From: a virus
Taxonomy: Duplodnaviria; Heunggongvirae; Uroviricota; Caudoviricetes
Strand: one strand, 5' to 3'
IMG/VR virus record: IMGVR_UViG_3300042946_000144
Span: 88,332 to 111,215 of that record
DNA length: 22,884 nucleotides
Shown here: positions 15,112 through 22,158 of the stretch, in pieces
How the letters are laid out: every line of letters starts with the position of its first letter
Position numbering within the stretch: the first letter of the stretch is position 1
Translations under genes and position numbers: made by a program
Notes under the pieces: generated by a model
The model's input: the letters and a program-made list of their open reading frames with translations, nothing else
Told to the model about the DNA's origin: nothing
The model's database searches: none

Positions 15112-16230
15112 TTATTTTGATTTATCTTTCTTGTCATCTTGTGTAGCGTATTTAATACCCATAATTGTACCAACTATTGAAAATGCATTTGTTAGTAGAA
15201 CACTAAACATGTTACTCCAAGTAGAGCCAATTATCTGAGTATCTTTACCTGTTAGTATTGCCATCCAATATAAAATAGTGGTAACAACACCAACTCCTAC
15301 TATTACCGCCAAAGCACATTTAACTATTACTTTTATTAACTCATTTTGACTCTTCTTTAACACCATGTCTAAATCATTCAGAGCTATATTTTTTTCTATC
15401 TCTATTGAATCTTTAAGTTTGTTTGAATTATCTAACTCAATTTGTAAACTTTTTGAAAGTTCATCTATTTTCTTCTTATTATTTATTGAATCAGTAACAT
15501 CTGTAGCAATCTTAATCACTCCAGTAACATTACCCTTACTATCAAATACTGGGTTATATGATGCTTGTAAATATATTGTAGAACCATCTACTTTTCTTCT
15601 TTCAAATATTCCATCAAAATACTTACCCGTTTTTAAGCTTTCCCAAAACTTGACATACTCATCAGATTTAGAATACTCGTAACTTATAAATATGCTATGA
15701 TGCTTTCCAACGATTTTATTTTTTTCGTTAGATTTATAACCCATAGTCTTTAAAAATATAGAATTTGCATCTAGTATGAACCCATCAATGTTAAAACTAA
15801 TGATTGCACTACTTCTATTAATTGCATCTATTTGTTTTTTACTATCTACAATAGCAGTAATGTCAGTAGCAACTTTCATTATTTTAGTAATCTTACCACT
15901 ATCATCAAAAATGGGATTATAAGTTGCTTGTAAGTTAATTAAAGAACCATCTTTTCTTCTCCTTTCAAATTCTCCTTTGTAATACTTACCACTTCTTAGT
16001 ATATCCCAAAACTTTTCATATTCTAATGATCTAGCATAGTCTTCACATACAAATGTACTATGATGCTTACCAATAAGTTCTTCGTGTCCATTCTCACCAT
16101 ACCCCATTGCTTTCAAAAAGATATCATTTACACCTAATATAATACCATTAAGGTCAAAGTAAATAAGAGCATTACTCCTATTTATAGCTTCCATTCTACT
16201 CAACAACTCTTCTTTCGATAGATGTTTCAT
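15112..16230 (-). CDS. Tandem PAS-PAC sensor protein with coiled coil and C-terminal two-TM hairpin, no enzymatic output domain
   Basis: Two repeats of FD.NG.IL..N.IFLK.MGY.....GKHHS.F....Y..S.EY.KFW..L..GKY..G.FERR..DGS.I.LQA.YNP.FD..G......K.ATD.T (BdlA/Aer-like MCP PAS type), then a heptad-rich region, then two hydrophobic helices. Confidence 0.88.
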   Translation of the reverse strand: MKHLSKEELLSRMEAINRSNALIYFDLNGIILGVNDIFLKAMGYGENGHEELIGKHHSTFVCEDYARSLEYEKFWDILRSGKYYKGEFERRRKDGSLINLQATYNPIFDDSGKITKIMKVATDITAIVDSKKQIDAINRSSAIISFNIDGFILDANSIFLKTMGYKSNEKNKIVGKHHSIFISYEYSKSDEYVKFWESLKTGKYFDGIFERRKVDGSTIYLQASYNPVFDSKGNVTGVIKIATDVTDSINNKKKIDELSKSLQIELDNSNKLKDSIEIEKNIALNDLDMVLKKSQNELIKVIVKCALAVIVGVGVVTTILYWMAILTGKDTQIIGSTWSNMFSVLLTNAFSIVGTIMGIKYATQDDKKDKSK

Positions 16231-16511
16231 TATTCTGAACCTGTGTTGTTAGTAGTATCGTTACCTTTGTTTTTAGCAGCAATGAACTTGTCTAAAGATG
16301 TAAGTCCCAGACAACCAAAAGCTAAAAGAGCTACACTCTCTACAAGGGCTGGTGATGGGGCAACGCTCTGTTCTGAAAAGCTATTGTGGTATAAAGTGAT
16401 ACACAAAGTGAGGCTGCAAACGATTCCCATTAATCTTTTAGAGGAAATTCTACCTTTGTCATCTGTAAACAACTCTCTAAAGTCTTTTAGTAAACTAGTT
16501 ATGATTTTCAT
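16230..16511 (-). CDS. Putative holin (two TM helices, class II-like)
   Basis: 93 aa; ISSKR followed by two hydrophobic segments and a charged/polar C-terminal tail; located in the lysis region. Confidence 0.6.
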   Translation of the reverse strand: MKIITSLLKDFRELFTDDKGRISSKRLMGIVCSLTLCITLYHNSFSEQSVAPSPALVESVALLAFGCLGLTSLDKFIAAKNKGNDTTNNTGSE

Positions 16512-17119
16512 TATTTCTTAAGTTTTATTTTCCAATATGAATGAATTCCGTATTGTAAATCCCCAAAAGAATTTACACCTACAGAACCTCCGAATAATTT
16601 ATCTTTCTTTGTTTTAACCATAAACCCACCCATTATACCATTTGGTACAGGAGATCCTATTATAGATCCTCCTATATACACCTGGTTTCTTTTCTTCTCT
16701 TGGATGGTGATGGTCTCTGTAATCTTTGGGACTTTTATATGGTAGTCTACAGATCTTCCAGATAAGGCATTTTTATTCACTGTATCTTTTATAGCTACAT
16801 AACCAAAGCTATCTAGCTTTACAGTGTCCTGATAGATTCCCATCTGTAAGAACTTGGATGACAGAGCAACATACTGTTCTAACAGTTTAGCATAGTTTGT
16901 GTCTGGTAGATACTCAGTAGACCATCTTTCTATAGGAACCTCAATTGTTTCAACAAGCTGAGGCTTAGTGACAATTGTACTATCCTTTACAATCCAAACT
17001 GTATCTCTTTTTACAGAAGGTTGAACTGGTTCAGAAGAACCACCACATCTTTGTAATAAGATGATGATAATCAACAAGATAACAATGAGTGCATTAAAGT
17101 TTTCTTTAATAAACTTCAT
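16511..17119 (-). CDS. Exported membrane-anchored protein, putative spanin-like lysis accessory
   Basis: N-terminal K-rich plus hydrophobic anchor ending LLQRC (possible lipobox), an extended DT-rich stalk, and C-terminal amphipathic beta strands ending YWKIKLKK. Confidence 0.5.
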   Translation of the reverse strand: MKFIKENFNALIVILLIIIILLQRCGGSSEPVQPSVKRDTVWIVKDSTIVTKPQLVETIEVPIERWSTEYLPDTNYAKLLEQYVALSSKFLQMGIYQDTVKLDSFGYVAIKDTVNKNALSGRSVDYHIKVPKITETITIQEKKRNQVYIGGSIIGSPVPNGIMGGFMVKTKKDKLFGGSVGVNSFGDLQYGIHSYWKIKLKK

Positions 17120-17424
17120 TACTTTGATACATTTGAGATGATGGATGTAATGTATTGGGCAATCATAAGAATAGCAACCCCTATACCAACAGTCCAGTAA
17201 ACCCTGTTTCTGAAGGATCTTTGCTTCTCTTGTTCCTTCTCCAGTTTATCAATCTTGTCCTTCATCACTTCAATATCATGCATAAATCCTCCTGTTTTTG
17301 TCAGGGGATTACCAAGAATAGCATCCACCACCTGGGTGAGCTTGGTGTTAATATCATCAATTTTTTCTTCCAATTCTGTTAAGCGTGCATCCATGTTTTG
17401 TAAATCTGTGATAAACTGTTCCAT
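17119..17424 (-). CDS. Coiled-coil protein with single C-terminal TM helix (holin/antiholin-like)
   Basis: Heptads LTELEEKIDDINTKL and MKDKIDKLEKEQ; TM segment VYWTVGIGVAILMIAQYI. The ATG at 17424 is preferred, because the track start lies inside a leader hairpin. Confidence 0.6.
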   Translation of the reverse strand: MEQFITDLQNMDARLTELEEKIDDINTKLTQVVDAILGNPLTKTGGFMHDIEVMKDKIDKLEKEQEKQRSFRNRVYWTVGIGVAILMIAQYITSIISNVSK

Positions 17425-17444
17425 TATAAAGTGTTTCTTTACAT

Positions 17445-17489
17445 AAAAAAAGAATTCCCCACCCACAAATAGCTGCAGGAAAAGGGAAT
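17445..17489 (-). terminator. Terminator-like hairpin in the leader of the lysis cassette
   Basis: On the - strand: ATTCCC-tttt-CCTGCA-gctatt-TGTGGG-tg-GGGAAT-TC-TTTTTTT. The outer stem is perfect, the inner stem has G-U pairs, and a U7 tract follows. Confidence 0.55.
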
Positions 17490-17518
17490 ATTTAATTAAA
17501 GGTATTACAGTCTTACGA

Positions 17519-17556
17519 CAAAGTTAGGATAATCTTTCGAACTATCCAAATTTATT
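17519..17556 (-). promoter_or_regulatory. Canonical Bacteroidota sigma-A-type promoter upstream of the lysis cassette
   Basis: On the - strand: TTTG - 20 nt - TAACTTTG, an exact match to the TTTG-N19-21-TAnnTTTG consensus. Confidence 0.78.
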
Positions 17557-17558
17557 TT

Positions 17559-17879
17559 TTAGGCCAGGGTAAGCCCTAGTGTCTGAGCTACATATTCAAA
17601 AATGATGTCATCAGAGGGTCCCCATTGCTGAACTGTAGCAGCAGGAATCTCTAAAGATCCTTTAAACAAGTCTACAGCACTGGGTGCATTTACTATAGTA
17701 TTACCTTCCTCATCTACAAAGGATCCATTGTCCTGCATACCAATAAGAGTATATTCTACTGTTCCAGGACCATCGTTAAAATGATATCCGTAGAAGTTAA
17801 TTAGTCCAAGGTAGGTGGCAGGAACATTTCCTGTAGCTGTCCAAATTGGTGTAGGTTGTATTTGTCTTGTGTTTGCCAT
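17559..17879 (-). CDS. Small tail-fibre-associated protein
   Basis: 106 aa; M..RQIQPTPIW start and ...YVAQTLGLTLA end, typical of small proteins following fibre genes. Confidence 0.55.
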   Translation of the reverse strand: MANTRQIQPTPIWTATGNVPATYLGLINFYGYHFNDGPGTVEYTLIGMQDNGSFVDEEGNTIVNAPSAVDLFKGSLEIPAATVQQWGPSDDIIFEYVAQTLGLTLA

Positions 17880-17882
17880 AGT

Positions 17883-18725
17883 TTAATATAAAAAAAAGAA
17901 TAATCCAGATGCACCAAGTGATATTGTCGTACTAAGTGTTACAGAAGCAGGTAGAGACGCTTGTGTAGATAAATATGTATACATCCTACCTGATGTAAAG
18001 TCAAAGGTTTGTACAGCAGCTGTTGTAATAGAAACACCCATTGCTCCAGGAGCTGTAACTTGAGCTGAATTGTTATACAAAGCTCCTATATAATAGGTAC
18101 CTCTAGGTGCATTTGCATAGGGGACACTAAATGCCTTACTCTGCCAAATCTGTCCACCTTTCCAAATATTGCCATCATTTGTAGAGCTAGCTACAAGTGT
18201 AGCAACACCTGCAGAAACCGAATACAAACCAATCCCATTATAAGCATCTCCTGTGTAGTTACCTGTTGTAGCTTGATACCATTTAACTCCTGTAAGTGTC
18301 TGACTAACAGGAAGATATACAGGAATTAACCAAAGTCTAGCATCCACCATTGCTGTAGTGGTACCAGCGGCAGTCATGTTAATACCTAACGGAAAACCTT
18401 TAATAACACTACCGAGTCCTTGATAACCAAGATTGGTTGTATCATCAGCAATTCTGTTATTAAATGTATTCCAATCTGTAGAAGTTAGAAATCCATTAGT
18501 TCCTGCTGTAGCCTGAGTTATGGATAAAGTCCTATTTGCAGAAAGATCTCCTCCTCCTAATAATGGAGCTGTTGTAGAAATGCTTCTACTTGTTTCAACC
18601 TGATTAACATTGCTATTATCTACATACGTCTTTATAGCCTTCTGTGAAGGAACGAGTAGATCACTATCTGCTGCTAACAGAGGATCTGTATCTATAGGAA
18701 CACCGCGTGTAGTACCTTGTGCCAT
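17883..18725 (-). CDS. Tail fibre / receptor-binding protein
   Basis: Fibre-shaft motifs DSDLLVPSQKAIKTYVD, GGGDLSANRTLS and NGFLTSTDWNTFNN; aromatic beta-rich C-terminal head. Confidence 0.65.
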   Translation of the reverse strand: MAQGTTRGVPIDTDPLLAADSDLLVPSQKAIKTYVDNSNVNQVETSRSISTTAPLLGGGDLSANRTLSITQATAGTNGFLTSTDWNTFNNRIADDTTNLGYQGLGSVIKGFPLGINMTAAGTTTAMVDARLWLIPVYLPVSQTLTGVKWYQATTGNYTGDAYNGIGLYSVSAGVATLVASSTNDGNIWKGGQIWQSKAFSVPYANAPRGTYYIGALYNNSAQVTAPGAMGVSITTAAVQTFDFTSGRMYTYLSTQASLPASVTLSTTISLGASGLFFFLY

Positions 18726-18737
18726 GTTTTATTTTTA

Positions 18738-19982
18738 TTATCTACTTATTTCTTCCCAATCCATTGATGCAAGAACAGTATCGTTAGCACTATCAGAAGC
18801 TACTATAACAGTAAGTTCAAATGGTGTTGATGTTAATCCATTTCTTTCAAGCTGTGTTTTAAAAAGTGCCTCTTTAAGAATATCAACCTGAGTTGATCCT
18901 TGGTTTGATACACTAAAAAACCCACTTGCAAGTATTCTACCTCCTGCAAATGATGTTCCTGATATATTGTATTCTACAGAAGCATCTGCTCCTGCACTAA
19001 CCCAAGTACCTGCTGTTGTTGTACCTGATGCCACCACTTGCCAATTATAATTTCCTGAACTAGTTGCCATTACAGAAATTGCAGTACATATTACTATAGC
19101 ATCTAAACGATTAGGAGATGTTTTAAGACGTATACTTACTATAGGATAAAATGTTCCTGCTACTGCTAGTGTTCTTGGAGTGGTTACAGGAATACCTACT
19201 GCTTGTTGTAATCCATTTAATTGGTATCCTCCTTCAGATAGTACAGTAGAGCATATTTGCTTTAATATACTTGATGAAGCTGTAGCAGCTGTATTTGTTA
19301 TTTCATATCTAAGAGGCAGTGAAGCTGTAGTAATATACGTAGATGTAATTAAGTTAGCATGTTGAAATTTATGGCAAACATAAAAGTTACCATCTATTAC
19401 AAACCCTATTCTAACTGTACCAACACCTAACCATTCCAAGTCCATAAACAAGATTTGAGCTTTAGTAAGATCAAGTGTAATTCCACTAGGACCTGAACCA
19501 TTTAATGGGTCAACATTCCAATTTGCTTGAGCAACAGGTGTATTTACTAATGCTCCTGAAACAGAACTCCTCTCAACAAAACTTACTGTGCTGTCATTTT
19601 GCTCTAAGTAATAACCATTAGCTGCTCCATAATATCCAACTCTTTGTCTAAGACCTGTCTTAGCAGCATTCATTACAAATGTAGATAGTACAAGAAGACT
19701 CTTACCAGGTTGATATGCAAATACTTTTGTAGTTTCTCTAACCACTTCAGAACCTGATGCTGCTGTTACACCTAAATTGATTAATCCTTCATTAGCATCA
19801 AATGTAGCAGTTCCACTTACAGCAGTGGCTGTAGACCACAGACCATTATCATCAAATCTATGACTAGAGTCAAACAATGTAAATGGTGTACTAACTCTTA
19901 GTCTACCAAATGCATCTATATTAGGAGAGTTCTTATAAGAAACCTCGCTGCTAAATATACTATATCCTGAATATCCTTGCAT
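18738..19982 (-). CDS. Virion structural protein with beta-sandwich (lectin/concanavalin-like) composition
   Basis: DAFGRLRVSTPFTLFDSS, YQPGKSLL, IL(F)MDLEWLGVG.VR.GF, TTASLPLRYEI and C-terminal W.E are characteristic of a widespread aquatic phage structural family. Confidence 0.65.
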   Translation of the reverse strand: MQGYSGYSIFSSEVSYKNSPNIDAFGRLRVSTPFTLFDSSHRFDDNGLWSTATAVSGTATFDANEGLINLGVTAASGSEVVRETTKVFAYQPGKSLLVLSTFVMNAAKTGLRQRVGYYGAANGYYLEQNDSTVSFVERSSVSGALVNTPVAQANWNVDPLNGSGPSGITLDLTKAQILFMDLEWLGVGTVRIGFVIDGNFYVCHKFQHANLITSTYITTASLPLRYEITNTAATASSSILKQICSTVLSEGGYQLNGLQQAVGIPVTTPRTLAVAGTFYPIVSIRLKTSPNRLDAIVICTAISVMATSSGNYNWQVVASGTTTAGTWVSAGADASVEYNISGTSFAGGRILASGFFSVSNQGSTQVDILKEALFKTQLERNGLTSTPFELTVIVASDSANDTVLASMDWEEISR

Positions 19983-19986
19983 ATTA

Positions 19987-20316
19987 TTAACTTATTTCTG
20001 TTCCAAATAATTGAAATGAAAGACTAGCGTTTCCTGAATAAACTCTTATAACATCTGTTGTTGCAAGAGATATACCTATTGTAGCAATGAATGTATCATT
20101 ACCAGCTAATGTTACATCATAGTAAAGATAGTCTTTATTTGCTGTAGCAGCCCCTGCTTGGGATATACTCACCCTAAATGTAGTTTGCGTACCACCTCTA
20201 TTACATATAGATATGGAACTACATACAGATGATGTAGCTGCAGGAACAGTGTATAAAACTGTTTCCGTTGTAGCCAATGGACTTATTTGCCCTAATATTT
20301 TATATACGTTTGCCAT
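19987..20316 (-). CDS. Small beta-rich virion protein
   Basis: MANVYKILGQ.....T.LYTVPA......I.ICN...........YLYYD.TL....T.......L...D...V......LSF..FG.EI pattern. Confidence 0.65.
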   Translation of the reverse strand: MANVYKILGQISPLATTETVLYTVPAATSSVCSSISICNRGGTQTTFRVSISQAGAATANKDYLYYDVTLAGNDTFIATIGISLATTDVIRVYSGNASLSFQLFGTEIS

Positions 20317-20317
20317 A

Positions 20318-22144
20318 TTATGCTCCCATTAATAAAAAGTTCATTTCAAATCCTGGAACCTGTGCTGTAGCATTAAGTGTTCCTCCAGATAAAGAAAGAC
20401 CTGTACCTACAGTTATTTCTTCCATTACACCCACACCTGCAGTACTCCTACCAATAAGTTTATTAGTAGCCATAGATGTAGATATTACAGGAGCTGTTCC
20501 ACCACTAGATGTTATAGGACTTGTAGCTGTTACACCAGTCACTGTACCTGTAGGTATAGCTTGTGTACTTAATACACCTGTAGAACTAGCTACCACCATC
20601 CTTGTACCCACTCCTCCAAGTGTTCCTATAACTACGTCACCATTTGCTTTTATTCTTAATTTTTCTGAATTATTAGTATAAAATGCTAAATCTTCATAAA
20701 CGCTTGATACTAATTCTGGTCTAATGTAGATACTATTTGTAGAAAATATTAATTTACTTTGATTAGCAATAAACAAATCAGCATTAAAAAATCCACTTCC
20801 TAAAACTTCCAATGTATATGCCCCTGGAGTTCCACCAACACCAAGTCTTTTATTAACATTATCCCAATAAAGACTTGAGTCACTAGATAGAGAAGAAGTT
20901 GTATTCCAAAATGCCACTCTTGTAGCTGTACCAGTTCCTGTCACTATATTTGTAGGAATGGTGGGTTTATTCAGTATCTGATTGTTACCACTTGTTGAAT
21001 TCCAATCTATAGGTTGCTGAACAAGCGGATATCCTGCTCCAAGATTTGTCCAATAAAGAGGAGAAGTTGATGGGGTTAGTGAATCATTATTAGCTATACA
21101 CCTGTATACATCACCAAGATACCAAACAAGATCTCCTATTGCATATTGATTATTGGTTATAGCTAAATGATCTGTTGTAAATGGTAAAGCTACAAGTGTA
21201 CCACTACCTGTTCCTGTAGCAGAAATTGTAAAATTAGGATAGGTTCCTGTTACATTAATACCTGTTCCATTATTCAATACAACTGTCTGATCAGGAGCAG
21301 TGTTTGTAATTGTTATATTTGGAGTGGTTGTAGGATTTGCTACAGAAGCAGAAATTCCAGTTCCAGGTGTTACACTAACTGATGTTACAGTTCCTGTACC
21401 ACCACCAACGGTCACTTCAGAAATAGAAGTGATTTGACCTTTAGAATTAACTGTAAAGGTTGGTATTTTTGTATTAGATCCGTATGTTCCTGGAGAAGAA
21501 AGTACATTGTCTATAGTTAGAGTGATGTTTGTACCTTCTGGTCCAGCCCCATAAACATCTCCTACAAACACAAGGGATGTTGGAGGAAGATTTATAGGTG
21601 TGTTTGTAACAGAAGTCACCCTACCCTTAGTATCTAGTGTTATCCTAGGAACTGTTGTAGCATTACCCCATGTTCCAGCATATAGAGCACTAACATCATC
21701 TAATGTGAATATAGCACTACCAGGACCACTAGCTGTTCCATCTCCTGTAAGAGCTGTTATGTAGTTGCCTGCAGGTTGATATGAACTGTTATCTAAAGAA
21801 CCATCTCCTTTAACAAACTGAGAAGAAGTTCCTCCAGACGTAGCATGAGCTCCTGCAACAAGTCTTCCTGTAACAGTGAGATTAAAACCATCACTGTTTA
21901 CAACAGTGTCTTCTATAAGAGAACCACCAATCTTTACAGGTGCACCAGGAGCTGTTTGAACCAATCCATTCTGAAAAACATACCCAAGACCAGCATCCCT
22001 GAACTTATTATCAATCTTTACAAGGGCCACTTGCAGACTGTCATTTGTTCTAATACCTGTATAAACAAGATTAGCACCTGAGTAAAATACACAGGTGCTA
22101 TCTAATATTATAGGACAAACTGGACCAGAACAAACATTATTCAT
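20318..22144 (-). CDS. Long tail fibre protein (T/G/S-rich, mosaic)
   Basis: Cys-rich N-terminus (C...CP...D..CV.Y.G), two GT(W/Y)G....P..T...KG..TS repeats, GTVTSV repeats, a CBM5/12-like YAIGDLVWYLGDVYRC module, and a C-terminus ending FLLMGA. Confidence 0.75.
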   Translation of the reverse strand: MNNVCSGPVCPIILDSTCVFYSGANLVYTGIRTNDSLQVALVKIDNKFRDAGLGYVFQNGLVQTAPGAPVKIGGSLIEDTVVNSDGFNLTVTGRLVAGAHATSGGTSSQFVKGDGSLDNSSYQPAGNYITALTGDGTASGPGSAIFTLDDVSALYAGTWGNATTVPRITLDTKGRVTSVTNTPINLPPTSLVFVGDVYGAGPEGTNITLTIDNVLSSPGTYGSNTKIPTFTVNSKGQITSISEVTVGGGTGTVTSVSVTPGTGISASVANPTTTPNITITNTAPDQTVVLNNGTGINVTGTYPNFTISATGTGSGTLVALPFTTDHLAITNNQYAIGDLVWYLGDVYRCIANNDSLTPSTSPLYWTNLGAGYPLVQQPIDWNSTSGNNQILNKPTIPTNIVTGTGTATRVAFWNTTSSLSSDSSLYWDNVNKRLGVGGTPGAYTLEVLGSGFFNADLFIANQSKLIFSTNSIYIRPELVSSVYEDLAFYTNNSEKLRIKANGDVVIGTLGGVGTRMVVASSTGVLSTQAIPTGTVTGVTATSPITSSGGTAPVISTSMATNKLIGRSTAGVGVMEEITVGTGLSLSGGTLNATAQVPGFEMNFLLMGA

Positions 22145-22158
22145 TCTAAGCTATTAGT

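Noticed and set aside
15112-16230. Broken or truncated methyl-accepting chemotaxis gene
   Set aside because: No MCP signalling hairpin remnant appears in or after the ORF. It ends in a clean TM hairpin and has a coupled start, so it looks like a purposeful fusion rather than a pseudogene.
5169-17466. Longer N-termini given by the ORF track for nrdJ, recA, dut, 9657-10043, 10158-10688 and 17119-17466
   Set aside because: The extensions run through terminators, promoters or upstream genes; downstream ATGs have the typical start context and match domain boundaries.
549-21845. Antisense and alternative-frame ORFs in the track (e.g. 549-830, 3948-4298, 5987-6247, 6762-7166, 9370-9807, 12802-13074, 15365-15682, 20277-20681)
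   Set aside because: They lie opposite or inside well-supported genes, lack motifs and A-rich start contexts, and are expected shadows of the coding strand.
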